A stretch of DNA of 58,428 bases, from IMG/VR virus record IMGVR_UViG_3300035180_000124, positions 1-58,428 of that record. The stretch is one strand, 5' to 3'. Positions within the stretch are counted from its first letter, which is position 1, and each line of letters starts with the position of its first letter. Below the pieces are notes generated by a model. It saw only the letters and a program-made list of their open reading frames with translations. It was not told the origin of the DNA and ran no database searches. The DNA comes from a virus. Lineage: Duplodnaviria; Caudoviricetes. This document shows, in pieces, positions 1 to 8,551 of this stretch. The translations under genes were made by a program, and so were the position numbers.

Positions 1-879
1 GAGCGCCCGAGTGTACGTAGCTACCACGGTTCCCACAGCACCAGAGGCACTTCTACCTGTAAGGGCCTGAACTGTACCTGCGTTGGTTACGGTACCTACT
101 GCGCCAGAAGCTGCTACGCCTATTAAGGCAACTACGTTTGTCTTGGTTACACCCCCCACTGCGCCAGCAGCAGATACTCCCGTGATCGCAACAGACTTGG
201 CAACACTTAGGGAACTTAATGACCCTGAAGCAAAAACTGTAGCGAGAGAAGGCGAGTATTTTGGGGTACCAACTTCTCCAGATATAACTTGCCCAGCGCC
301 CCAAGAGCCACCACCCCATGTACCGCCGCCCCAACTAGAGCCTAAGTTGATAGAGAAGTTGGGAGTGAGTGAGCCTACTGCCCCAGAAGCGGCTACACCT
401 GTGAGCGCTTGCCTGCCTATTACCGAGCCAACAGCCCCCGAGGCAGCTACGCCTGTGAGAGCAATTGAAAGGTTAGGGGTGAGAGTACCTACAGCCCCAG
501 AGGCGGCTACACCTGTGAGTGCAATGCTCGTATTGCCACGAGACAAAGTACCAACGGCACCAGAGGCTGACCTACCTACGAGGGGTTGCCCACCAAGAAC
601 GGAGCCAACAGCCCCAGAGGCGCTTCTACCCGTGAGTGCAACAGTACCGTTACGCGTAACAGTACCAACAGCCCCGGAGGCTGATACACCTGTGAGTGCA
701 ACAGCACCGTTACGCGTAACAGTACCAACAGCCCCCGAGGCGCTTCTACCCGTGAGTGCAATGCTCGTATTGCCACGAGACAAAGTACCAACGGCACCAG
801 ATGCGGTTCCGCCGGTTAGCTGGTCGGAGCCGCCCCATGTGCCACTGCCCCAAGTACCCCCACCCCAAGCAGTAGCCAT
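1..879 (-). CDS. Repeat-rich virion/tail protein, N-terminal part (runs off window start; not in ORF track)
   Basis: ATG at 879. The frame reads MATAWGGGTWGSGTWGGSDQLTGGTASGAVG... down to base 1, with many ALTGxxASGAVG repeats and WGxGxWG motifs. The same repeats occur in the ORF at the other contig end. Confidence 0.85.
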   Translation of the reverse strand, partial: MATAWGGGTWGSGTWGGSDQLTGGTASGAVGTLSRGNTSIALTGRSASGAVGTVTRNGAVALTGVSASGAVGTVTRNGTVALTGRSASGAVGSVLGGQPLVGRSASGAVGTLSRGNTSIALTGVAASGAVGTLTPNLSIALTGVAASGAVGSVIGRQALTGVAASGAVGSLTPNFSINLGSSWGGGTWGGGSWGAGQVISGEVGTPKYSPSLATVFASGSLSSLSVAKSVAITGVSAAGAVGGVTKTNVVALIGVAASGAVGTVTNAGTVQALTGRSASGAVGTVVATYTRAL

Positions 880-908
880 GATTTACACAGCCTTATGGCT
901 GTCCGCGT

Positions 909-1406
909 TTAGGTCGTGGCCAAGCGCAGCAGGGCGGTTGTAGTTCCGTTGGCGGGCATGGTCAGTGTAAACGTACCTGCCGTAATTGTCTGGGAACCAA
1001 AGGTGTGGACGCTGACTGCTGTGTTGTTTTGCGTAGAGTTGTAAATTAACACGGTGTCAAACGCGGTACCTAACGAGACGTTGGTGTACACCAAACTTCC
1101 ACCGGGCGTCCAGTAGGCGACACCTGCGGTAGCCGAGGAGTTAGTTGCCGTGACTGCGGTGCCATTGGTTACCGCAATACCGCCAGCGGTATAGTTGGTG
1201 CCCGTCACTTCACCCGTTGCAGTGTAAGCAGTAGTAGCAGCACTGATAGACGGAGAAGCCGAAACCAGATACAGCGCGGCTTTGAAAGAATCTATCGTAG
1301 GAGCCGTCAAGCTAGTACGTGAAACCAAAGTAATGGAACCAAACTGATGTCCGCCGCTGAGCAACTGGCCCAGAAACGAAGTGCACATTGATTGGGTATT
1401 TGCCAT
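909..1406 (-). CDS. Virion structural protein (tail-associated), paralog-like to 1604-2020
   Basis: Thr/Ala/Gly-rich. Shares KxALY...E(V)xGxxYTAGG...LIYN...F..T.P motifs with the neighbouring gene, and lies in the structural operon. Confidence 0.7.
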   Translation of the reverse strand: MANTQSMCTSFLGQLLSGGHQFGSITLVSRTSLTAPTIDSFKAALYLVSASPSISAATTAYTATGEVTGTNYTAGGIAVTNGTAVTATNSSATAGVAYWTPGGSLVYTNVSLGTAFDTVLIYNSTQNNTAVSVHTFGSQTITAGTFTLTMPANGTTTALLRLATT

Positions 1407-1415
1407 GATATTTCC

Positions 1416-1607
1416 TTAGAAAATTGCGGTTTCGCCGCCTACAAAAGTAGGCGATTTTTTGAGGGTTACATGCACCGAGCGATGCACCAGCTCGTCCAGC
1501 AGCCAGTACTCAGTCCAAGTTGTGAACTCGTCTTCATTGTCTACAGAGCCCTCCTGCTTCACAAGCAAGGAGTCATCCATTTCACCTTTGGTGGTCGTAA
1601 CAATCAA
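1416..1607 (-). CDS. Hypothetical protein
   Basis: 63-aa ORF that tiles the operon, overlapping the upstream stop. Confidence 0.65.
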   Translation of the reverse strand: MIVTTTKGEMDDSLLVKQEGSVDNEDEFTTWTEYWLLDELVHRSVHVTLKKSPTFVGGETAIF

Positions 1608-2020
1608 TTTGAACTCCTGATAAGTGCGGTTGTCGCGGTATTGGCAGGCATTGTAACCAAGAACGTCGTAGTCGAGGTCTTGTCTGCACCGAAGTCGATG
1701 ACTGCAATTGCCCGATTAGCCTTACTTGCATTGTAGATCAATGCACAGCGTGCCGTCAAAGCAGAAGTCCAGCTTATATTGGCCCAGTTAGCGTAGGCAG
1801 TGTAACCCGAGGAGCTAATGGCAACGCCCGTCAACGTGTTGCCCCCTGCTGTATACCCTGACGCTACAACCTCATTGGTTGTAGAGTACACCGTGGTGTC
1901 CGCGCCTAGGTTTGCGTTTCCCGTGTACAAAGCCATCTTAATGATGTCCGTGGACAGGTCGTGGATGCCTTGATACAGCTCCTTCTTGAAGCTGGTAGTT
2001 TGGGTTTGGACAATTGCCAT
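1604..2020 (-). CDS. Virion structural protein (tail-associated)
   Basis: TSFKKEL...KMALYT...GYTAGG...ALIYN...DFGADK pattern seen in phage structural proteins; operon context. Confidence 0.75.
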   Translation of the reverse strand: MAIVQTQTTSFKKELYQGIHDLSTDIIKMALYTGNANLGADTTVYSTTNEVVASGYTAGGNTLTGVAISSSGYTAYANWANISWTSALTARCALIYNASKANRAIAVIDFGADKTSTTTFLVTMPANTATTALIRSSN

Positions 2021-2021
2021 G

Positions 2022-2693
2022 TTAGGTTACCTGCTGGCGGTACTGGCCGCTGCGGTAGGAATCTTGGCGCTCCATGCCATCGCCCAGACGTTTAGCCAAA
2101 ATGATGGCGTCTTTAAACTTGTCGTTGTACAGACCGATGATGTCCTGCTCACCCTTCATGTAGGTGTAGGCTTCTATCAACGAGCCGTACAGGAGCACCG
2201 AGTCAAAGTTGTCGCCCAACCACGTTGTCAGCGCCGTAGTGATGGACTCTGGGTAGTAGAAGTAGTGCAGCTCTGCGGAGTACGTGGTATCCGGCGTTGG
2301 GCCAAGGATGAACGAAAGCTCTGTAGTCGGCACAGGCGGTGCACCGGAAGTAGTCGTCGGGCCAAACAGGGCGTAGTACTTGGGCAGGCCCGTACTCGTA
2401 GAGTTGGGGTACGCTTCACGAATGAAGTTCACATCCTTGTTGAGCAAAAATGTGTAATCGCCACCAGCCACGGGGAACACTGCAATCGAATATACGGCCA
2501 AGAAATCATCTGGGCAGGACAGGTATTTGTTGCTAGCTGTCACCGTCCCGGTCACGTTCTTGCGAAGCGATGGGAATTGGATGGTGTTGTAGATGCGCTG
2601 CTCTGCCTGCGTAATGAACGTGTTCATCGCAGTTGTCGGGAACGTATTCTCCGTGTAAGTGGAGACCGCCGTGACTAGCGCACTGTAGTTCAT
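2022..2693 (-). CDS. Putative head-tail adaptor / tail tubular protein
   Basis: Likely start MNYSALV at 2693, overlapping the upstream stop. Contains FITQAEQRI, GPTPD..Y..EL.Y and LLYGSL.EAY.YMK motifs. Confidence 0.65.
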   Translation of the reverse strand: MNYSALVTAVSTYTENTFPTTAMNTFITQAEQRIYNTIQFPSLRKNVTGTVTASNKYLSCPDDFLAVYSIAVFPVAGGDYTFLLNKDVNFIREAYPNSTSTGLPKYYALFGPTTTSGAPPVPTTELSFILGPTPDTTYSAELHYFYYPESITTALTTWLGDNFDSVLLYGSLIEAYTYMKGEQDIIGLYNDKFKDAIILAKRLGDGMERQDSYRSGQYRQQVT

Positions 2694-2956
2694 GCCATCG
2701 GGCCTCGTGCTGTGATACCGCGAGTGGCACAACCATTTCCACGGGTAACAATACCGGAAGTCTTGGTAGGCTCGTTACCAGCGGATTTGCTGATGTTTCC
2801 GACACTGGTGTCGTAAGCATCCAACTTGCTGCGGTTGGGTTCTTTGCCGGGGTTACCGGAAATAGCAACAGCTTTGCCTGACATAGTGTGGGGCTTGGCA
2901 TACAGGATAGCTGGGCCGATCTCTTTGCCCATTTTCTTCATACTTTGGGTTGCCAT
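2690..2956 (-). CDS. Small basic virion-associated protein
   Basis: AAGGAG RBS, Lys/Gly-rich, C-terminal RGxGxAxRG motif. Confidence 0.7.
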   Translation of the reverse strand: MATQSMKKMGKEIGPAILYAKPHTMSGKAVAISGNPGKEPNRSKLDAYDTSVGNISKSAGNEPTKTSGIVTRGNGCATRGITARGPMA

Positions 2957-2965
2957 GACTGCTCC

Positions 2966-3145
2966 TTACGTTTGGTTCGCCACTCGGGCCAGATTGCGGC
3001 CCATCTTCAGCCGCGATGCGTCCGATACACCGGAGCTTTTCTTGCCGCCTGCGGTGGCTTTGGCCGTTGGGCCGCTATTGGGAAGAACTTTAGCATCGGT
3101 CTTGCCTTTTGACACGATGCCGTCTGCTGCTTTTTTGTATGCCAT
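2966..3145 (-). CDS. Small basic protein (59 aa, below ORF-track cutoff)
   Basis: AGGAG RBS. Reads MAYKKAADGIVSKGKT...MGRNLARVANQT and fills the gap in the operon. Confidence 0.75.
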   Translation of the reverse strand: MAYKKAADGIVSKGKTDAKVLPNSGPTAKATAGGKKSSGVSDASRLKMGRNLARVANQT

Positions 3146-3154
3146 GATTAACTC

Positions 3155-3544
3155 CTATGAAACCGTTACGGTTACTGTACCTACGCTCGTTGTCCCGACC
3201 AGATAGTTCGGAGTCAAGACAGCATCAAAACCGGAGGAGCCGCCAATCGGCCCCCAACCCCACTGAATATCCCTAGAGCCGCCACTATTGTACCCATCTG
3301 ACATCGGGCCGGATACCTCGTATGTTGTGTCATTGCGGGGATTCCGCACTGCTTGAGGGTCATCTACCGGAAACGTGCCCAACATCAACTGCGGCTGATC
3401 GGGATCCCAACACTGTGGGCACACAAGCAAATTGAATATACGTTGCTTCTGTACTTCCTTCTTCAGCTCGGTCAGCTTATAGCGCTGCCCGCAACGGTCG
3501 CACATGGCGACCGCATTTTTACCAGAAGAAAACCTATTGCCCAT
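3155..3544 (-). CDS. Zn-binding (CxxC...CxxC) phage protein
   Basis: CDRC and CPQC motifs; operon context. Confidence 0.75.
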   Translation of the reverse strand: MGNRFSSGKNAVAMCDRCGQRYKLTELKKEVQKQRIFNLLVCPQCWDPDQPQLMLGTFPVDDPQAVRNPRNDTTYEVSGPMSDGYNSGGSRDIQWGWGPIGGSSGFDAVLTPNYLVGTTSVGTVTVTVS

Positions 3545-3547
3545 ACC

Positions 3548-4240
3548 TTAGTTGATGAACATTTGGCGGGGCACCAAACGGATTGAAGCCTTCTCGCGGT
3601 CTTCATCGCTGGCCAACTGCCATGCTTCGTCGTATTGGGCTTTAAGCATATCAATGCGCTGTGCGCCGTTAGGCACCTTGAGCGCCAAGTAGTACGCCAA
3701 ACCCGCGACCATGCAAGGGATGAACCGGAACGGGACATCCATCGTGTTTATGCCAGAGCCAGCATCGTCAATGCGGCGCATGCGCCAGTACACGAACGTG
3801 TACGTCTGAGAGCTGTCAGGGGTAGGCCATACTGTAAACCGTGGGGCCGACTGTAGACGTTCGATCCACACTTGAATAGGACGGGCCTGTTGCAGCTTAT
3901 TAGGGATCGTGGCGTAGGTGGACACACTGATGCGTGTGATCGTCAAATCGGCCTGTGTAGCCGCGCTACCGGCCCCGGTGCGAATCACATGCTCCAGCAA
4001 GTCAACGGTGTCCGCAGGTAGATCATACGTAGCTTGACCGGGGATCATTGTGATCGACCCCTGTTCAAACGTCCACATGTTGACGCCCCTATTGGCCCAG
4101 TCAGCAAACAGTAAGTTTAAAGACCGTCGAGCAGTCTTCAGGTCATAACCCGTGCGTAACTCGGAACCGCAACGCTCAAAAGCCTCCTCTACCAGTTCGG
4201 TGAGGTCTAGATTAAACGCGGTGGTGCCGGAGACTGCCAT
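3548..4240 (-). CDS. Putative head-tail connector / tail tubular protein A-like
   Basis: EEAFERCG..ARRSLNLLFADWANRG, VWPTPD and GLAYYLA motifs typical of podovirus-type adaptors; lies downstream of the capsid gene. Confidence 0.7.
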   Translation of the reverse strand: MAVSGTTAFNLDLTELVEEAFERCGSELRTGYDLKTARRSLNLLFADWANRGVNMWTFEQGSITMIPGQATYDLPADTVDLLEHVIRTGAGSAATQADLTITRISVSTYATIPNKLQQARPIQVWIERLQSAPRFTVWPTPDSSQTYTFVYWRMRRIDDAGSGINTMDVPFRFIPCMVAGLAYYLALKVPNGAQRIDMLKAQYDEAWQLASDEDREKASIRLVPRQMFIN

Positions 4241-4242
4241 GA

Positions 4243-4746
4243 TTAAACTTTCTTAGCGATGCCGTATCCGCGATAGCCGGTGGCCCGTTTGGGAGTTACC
4301 TTGACAGCACCGCCAGTGGCCATTTTCTTGACACGACCGCCACGTTTCATGGCATTACCTGCTTCGTCGCCTTCACCCTTGCTGAGAAGGGCGCGTGCAG
4401 CAGCGTTGGGGTCACGCCGGGGCACATACGCGGCCATAGTAGCGTCGCGACGCTCTGCTTCTTCCATCTTGTCAACGGCGGCTTTACCGCTTTCGCGGTA
4501 CTGGTCACGGCGGACATTTGCACTGTCGTCACGAAGGGGGTTGCCTTTTTCGTCAAGACCTTTGTCCGCATTCTCTTGTGCACGCATAGTAGCCATATCT
4601 TGCGCTGTATGGCGAGCCACGTTGACGCCAAATTTTGTGCCTTCGGGTGCTTTACGGGTCAGCCCACGCTCTTTGTTCAAAAAGTCACGTAGGGAAAGAC
4701 CGGAGTCTTCCAGTTCTTTTTTAGATACAACACGATTGGTAGCCAT
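4243..4746 (-). CDS. Hypothetical charged protein with MxxGG motifs (probable internal virion protein)
   Basis: AAGGAAG RBS; C-terminal MKRGG and MATGG. Confidence 0.7.
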   Translation of the reverse strand: MATNRVVSKKELEDSGLSLRDFLNKERGLTRKAPEGTKFGVNVARHTAQDMATMRAQENADKGLDEKGNPLRDDSANVRRDQYRESGKAAVDKMEEAERRDATMAAYVPRRDPNAAARALLSKGEGDEAGNAMKRGGRVKKMATGGAVKVTPKRATGYRGYGIAKKV

Positions 4747-4748
4747 GA

Positions 4749-4940
4749 TTACTTCCTTGCAGTTTTAGCAGCATCTACAAACGCTTGGTCTGTAGGTGCG
4801 CCGATAGTTCCGGGCTTACGCATCTTGGCTCCGCTTGCGCGTTTTGCGTTGATATTCGCGTACAACCCACCCTTGGCCATCTTCTTGCCCTTTGGCACTT
4901 TAGCGGGGTTGATGTCCCCCATGCCGCGACAGGCTAGCAC
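4749..4940 (-). CDS. Small basic protein
   Basis: Tiles the operon; contains KKMAKGGLY. Confidence 0.65.
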   Translation of the reverse strand: MLACRGMGDINPAKVPKGKKMAKGGLYANINAKRASGAKMRKPGTIGAPTDQAFVDAAKTARK

Positions 4941-5425
4941 GTTTTGCCGCCCATATTGAACTGCTGTGCACGAGTCTTACCGCGCTGGGCAATACCGTCA
5001 GCCGAGGAACGGAATGTACCGCCCTTGGCTAGCTTCAGGGACGTGCCCTTGCTGCCCTTATGCTCTTGAGCATCGTGCTGCTTGAAGGCTTTCTTAATCA
5101 TGGCCTTGTCCTGAGCTGTATCCGTCATGCCGCCTTCGGCCATCTTCTTTGTTTTCAACTGGCTGAAGTCAAAAGCCTCCTCTTTCTTGGAGCCTTCTTT
5201 GCCCTTGCCTTTAGCCTCAACATCCTTGCCCGACTTCTCGAACTTGGCAAATGGGTTTACGCCTTTAGTAGCCATAGTGTCACCACCTTTTGAAAATTTC
5301 TTGCCGGTATCGGCCTTGTTAAAGTCTTGTCCCACGGACTGTGAGACCCCTACCTTCTTGGCAAAAGCAGGGCTATGCGCCACAGCAGCCATGAAATTGT
5401 GTTGCTTCTTGCTGGTCGATGGCAT
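4934..5425 (-). CDS. Lys-rich protein with repeated [FML]xxGG motifs
   Basis: Likely start MPSTSKKQHNFM at 5425, overlapping the upstream TAA. Contains FSKGG, MAEGG, LAKGG and FNMGG. Confidence 0.75.
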   Translation of the reverse strand: MPSTSKKQHNFMAAVAHSPAFAKKVGVSQSVGQDFNKADTGKKFSKGGDTMATKGVNPFAKFEKSGKDVEAKGKGKEGSKKEEAFDFSQLKTKKMAEGGMTDTAQDKAMIKKAFKQHDAQEHKGSKGTSLKLAKGGTFRSSADGIAQRGKTRAQQFNMGGKTC

Positions 5426-5664
5426 TACTTGCCCCACCAGTGCGCGATCTGCACGAGAAACGCGCCAACAGCCCCGCCAGCTCCACCAACAGCAAGAAGC
5501 ATCTTCCAACCGCCTTTGGCCTCAGACAAAGTTCTGTCTATATCCATGAGGGTCTTTTGCATTATTGCCACACTTTCGACTAATTTATCCATATCGGATT
5601 GTAAGTGCGCAATGTCGGCTGCGTGGGTAGCTAGCTCGCGGGCAGTTTGTATAGCGTCGGTCAT
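5425..5664 (-). CDS. Small coiled-coil protein with C-terminal hydrophobic segment
   Basis: Heptad-like N-terminus followed by MLLAVGGAGGAVGAFLV. Confidence 0.7.
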   Translation of the reverse strand: MTDAIQTARELATHAADIAHLQSDMDKLVESVAIMQKTLMDIDRTLSEAKGGWKMLLAVGGAGGAVGAFLVQIAHWWGK

Positions 5665-5665
5665 T

Positions 5666-5920
5666 TCAGCATTTCCATCGGGCTAGTGAAGCAGCCTTGC
5701 GTGTGGGCTTGCCGCTATCGTCTTTCATTGGGCCGGGCATACCTGCCATACGTGCGCAAAACGACTTCTTACGTGGGCCACCTTCGGGCTGGGGAGCCTT
5801 TAGATTTGAGCCGGTAGCAGCGTTGTACTTGGCGCGCCCTTTGGCTGTAAGCCCCGCCCCCTTAGAGACCGGTAGCTTCTCGCCGCGACCTACTGCAAGG
5901 GATGGATTCTTCTTAGCCAT
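5666..5920 (-). CDS. Conserved basic phage protein (possibly DUF6321-like)
   Basis: GLTAKGRAKYN...NLKAP...RKKSFCARM...RWKC pattern. The family name is recalled from memory, not from a search. Confidence 0.7.
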   Translation of the reverse strand: MAKKNPSLAVGRGEKLPVSKGAGLTAKGRAKYNAATGSNLKAPQPEGGPRKKSFCARMAGMPGPMKDDSGKPTRKAASLARWKC

Positions 5921-6197
5921 AGAACACCGTAATTTTTGCGGTGGCGGGTAGCGTTACGTGTACATCCGTGTAAAACAAAATTCCCTCTCCGGGAATCGTA
6001 AACGATAACGGATTCAGTGGTGTAGCGGGAATGTTAAATTGAAGCCGTACAGTTCCAGAAGCGCCGCCGTCCCGAAAAATAATATCTCCCGCCGTACCGC
6101 CCCCTAAAAACTGATAGCCTTTAACACGTACACGACCAGACACCATAGTGCCAGTAGCCTCAGCGTGTGTTGCTTGAACGTCAGTTTGCATTGCCAT
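5913..6197 (-). CDS. Small beta-rich virion protein
   Basis: AGGAG RBS; ends with IPGEGILF...ITVFYG. Confidence 0.7.
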   Translation of the reverse strand: MAMQTDVQATHAEATGTMVSGRVRVKGYQFLGGGTAGDIIFRDGGASGTVRLQFNIPATPLNPLSFTIPGEGILFYTDVHVTLPATAKITVFYG

Positions 6198-6208
6198 ACC
6201 AATCTCCT

Positions 6209-6232
6209 AAAAGTGCGGGGCCGAAGCCCCCG
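6209..6232 (-). terminator. cUUCGg hairpin / weak intrinsic terminator
   Basis: Minus strand GGGGC-TTCG-GCCCC followed by GCACTTTT, just after the stop of 6240-6719. Confidence 0.5.
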
Positions 6233-6239
6233 AGATCAA

Positions 6240-6719
6240 TTACTGCTGGTTGGCGGGCTGGGACATGTTGCCGCTAGAGTCGCGCACCATGTAGGTGACC
6301 AGTACCGTAACAGCGCCAGTCACCGAAGAGCCTGTAGCGGTCAAAGTAAGCGCCGCGTCAGTTGCACCGACGTTAGCTTGTACGGGGGTAAACGTAGCAG
6401 CGATAGTCACAGGGTATGTGCCAGCCGAAGTGATGGTAGTCGCAGTTGCAACGTCAACGGTAGCAATTGTTGCTTTCAGCGTGGTAGCCGAGGCAAACAA
6501 AGTGGTTGTTAGAAACTGGACTGACGTAATAAGCGCACCAGCAGGGATAAAACCAACTGTAGTGGGGGTGGCTGCAGCAGCAATGACTTGAGCAGCAGTG
6601 AGGTTAAAGGCTTGGGCAACGATGGTTGCGCCGGTGTTCTGCACGGTGCCAGCAGTGGTGCCGGTGGTGTTTTTAACGGTGCCGAGCAGCCAAGGGCCGA
6701 GGTGAGTTGCGAATCCCAT
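6240..6719 (-). CDS. Virion structural protein (capsid decoration-like)
   Basis: Thr/Ala-rich with an IPAGALI motif; first gene after the capsid gene; AAGGA RBS. Confidence 0.7.
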   Translation of the reverse strand: MGFATHLGPWLLGTVKNTTGTTAGTVQNTGATIVAQAFNLTAAQVIAAAATPTTVGFIPAGALITSVQFLTTTLFASATTLKATIATVDVATATTITSAGTYPVTIAATFTPVQANVGATDAALTLTATGSSVTGAVTVLVTYMVRDSSGNMSQPANQQ

Positions 6720-6728
6720 GATATGTGT

Positions 6729-6803
6729 TCCTTACATACAAGCTAAGTGCGTCAATCGGTATGTCGTCTGCTGGGGCAGTTTGGCGCACTGGGAGTCCCA
6801 GAT
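6729..6803 (-). ncRNA. Candidate structured 5' leader RNA with pseudoknots
   Basis: Pairings AGUGCGCCAA/UUGACGCACU, CUGC/GCAG with a CCCA loop able to pair with 5' UGGG, and ACAUAC/GUAUGU abutting the SD. Confidence 0.55.
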
Positions 6804-6809
6804 GGCTGC

Positions 6810-6838
6810 AATATAGCACAGTAGTTTGGCGGGTGCAA
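6810..6838 (-). promoter_or_regulatory. Sigma70-type promoter
   Basis: TTGCAC-17 bp-TATATT with an extended -10 TG; downstream of the capsid terminator. Confidence 0.7.
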
Positions 6839-6932
6839 CAGGATGTTGGTGGCTCACATAAAGCAGTGTCTATTATGGTCAGCAAACGCCGGAGCTAAAC
6901 CGACGCACCACCAACAGGGTGAGAATACAACG

Positions 6933-6960
6933 AAAAAAGGGCCCCCGAAGGAGCCCTTTT
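6933..6960 (-). terminator. Intrinsic terminator after major capsid gene (possibly bidirectional)
   Basis: Minus strand AAAAGGGCTCC-TTCG-GGGGCCCTTTTTT. Confidence 0.85.
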
Positions 6961-6976
6961 AGCTAAGCCCTAGAGC

Positions 6977-7891
6977 TTAGGCGCCGGGGGAACCGAACAC
7001 GCCCAATGGATCGCTCCAGCCGAAGCTGTAACGCTCGCGTGCTTTGTATCTCACGTTGCCTGTGTCAAAGTCACCGTCCATTTTGGTGTCCAAAGCCACA
7101 CGTTCGAAGTGCTTCAAGCCATCAGGCACGTCAGTCGTCAGGAACCAGCCGTTTGTGTCGGTCAGGTAGTGATTGACGGTATAGCCTTCAGGGATCGAGC
7201 CGTTGTTCTTCAGGGCGTTGATGTCGTTGTCGGTAGTGCCAACACGGAGGCTGGTTTCCAACAGACGAGTAGCAACGAACATCAGAGCGGTCGGGATGAT
7301 GAGCTTCTTAGGCTTAGCAGCGATCAGCAGGCCCTTTTCATCTGTCCACAGAGCAATCTGAATAACGGCGGCTTCTAAGGAAGTCTCGTTCAAATCAGCG
7401 CCGGTGGTAGGACGATTGGAGTTGCTTCCACCATTAACCAAGGGGTGCGCCGTGGAGAACAAAGGCACGCCATCACCACCGTAATAAGCGGCAGAGTTGG
7501 TGAAACCGTTGTTCAGGACAGCAGCAGCCTTGACCTGTTTGGTGTAAGCCATAGCGCGAGCCAGACCTTTGGTGTAACGAGCAGACAGCGAGTCGTACAA
7601 GTTATCTTCCATAGCCTCTTCGGTAATGGCGAAGCCCAAAGCGATGGTTTCGTGGTTGTACCGGGCAGTGAAAGCTTCCTGCGCATTGTCATAAGCAATG
7701 GCTTGGCCCTCATTCTTCACCGGTGCAGCGCCGAAGCCCGCCAGTTTGGTTTCTTCTTCAAAGCTACGCTCCGATGTCTCGGTGACGTAGATTTCTTTGT
7801 GCTCTTCGCCGTAGCGGGCGTATTCCAGACCAAAAAGTCCGTTCAAGCCGGGGAGCAGTTCTTTAAGTAGTTGTGCGCGTGAAACAGCCAT
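6977..7891 (-). CDS. Major capsid protein (HK97 fold, Mu gpT-like)
   Basis: MAVSRAQLLKELLPGLNGLFGLEY N-terminus, AITEEAMEDNLY and YKARERYSFGWSD; 304 aa; followed by a strong terminator. Confidence 0.9.
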   Translation of the reverse strand: MAVSRAQLLKELLPGLNGLFGLEYARYGEEHKEIYVTETSERSFEEETKLAGFGAAPVKNEGQAIAYDNAQEAFTARYNHETIALGFAITEEAMEDNLYDSLSARYTKGLARAMAYTKQVKAAAVLNNGFTNSAAYYGGDGVPLFSTAHPLVNGGSNSNRPTTGADLNETSLEAAVIQIALWTDEKGLLIAAKPKKLIIPTALMFVATRLLETSLRVGTTDNDINALKNNGSIPEGYTVNHYLTDTNGWFLTTDVPDGLKHFERVALDTKMDGDFDTGNVRYKARERYSFGWSDPLGVFGSPGA

Positions 7892-7904
7892 GATTTAGCT
7901 CCTT

Positions 7905-8537
7905 TTACAGACCAACAGCGTTGCTGTAAGAGTGGTATCCGGGGTTGAACTTCACCAGAATATCAGTATAGGCGTCACCCACAGTAGAGAAACCGACCAT
8001 GTCAACGAATCCAACAACGCGGAAAGCGGCGGTGGTAGTTACCATAGAAGACTCCAGCACAACAGCGGTAGTCGAATTGCCCGAAGTGGTGCTACCGGTA
8101 GAGGTAGATTGCACAGCAGACAGGAACGTGTTAGTACCCAATGCGGCAAAAGTCACAATGCCCGAAGCTTGCACTTGGAACACGGTGCGGTCGTCGTCGA
8201 TAACGATGCCTACGGCATCAGCAGCAACGGTACCAGTTGGCCAGTATTGTGCAAACACTTTTTGCTTCGTACTTGGATTGGTGTAAGAGCAACCCACAAA
8301 TACACCCAAGCAGCCAGTGTTAGCCGTACCAGTGGGGAAACCATTGGTAGTAGCGTCAGCACCGGTAGAGGTGGCGATTTGCAGATAGCCGGTAGCGGCA
8401 ACATAAACCAACGAACCGTTGTAAATGTTTGCGCCATAACCGGAGGCGATGGGGATGTTCCGGGTGCTACCTGCATAAGGTAGGCCACCCAGCTCATTTA
8501 CGGCTTTAAAGCCGTAGGGAGAAGCAGTTGATGCCAT
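7905..8537 (-). CDS. Capsid-associated (decoration/minor head) protein
   Basis: PYGFK...GVFVGCSY...FQVQA pattern; immediately upstream of the capsid gene. Confidence 0.7.
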   Translation of the reverse strand: MASTASPYGFKAVNELGGLPYAGSTRNIPIASGYGANIYNGSLVYVAATGYLQIATSTGADATTNGFPTGTANTGCLGVFVGCSYTNPSTKQKVFAQYWPTGTVAADAVGIVIDDDRTVFQVQASGIVTFAALGTNTFLSAVQSTSTGSTTSGNSTTAVVLESSMVTTTAAFRVVGFVDMVGFSTVGDAYTDILVKFNPGYHSYSNAVGL

Positions 8538-8551
8538 ATAAAAAACTCCAA

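Noticed and set aside
511-803. Diversity-generating retroelement TR/VR pair
   Set aside because: No reverse transcriptase was recognised. The duplicates are in-frame units of one repeat protein without an adenine-specific mismatch pattern.
83-943. 286-aa plus-strand ORF with PTAPEA repeats (also 57525-58307)
   Set aside because: It is an antisense shadow of the repetitive minus-strand gene, which fits the operon direction.
6840-6960. Possible plus-strand small RNA ending at the capsid terminator
   Set aside because: There is only a TATTAT -10 without a convincing -35, and no clear structure.
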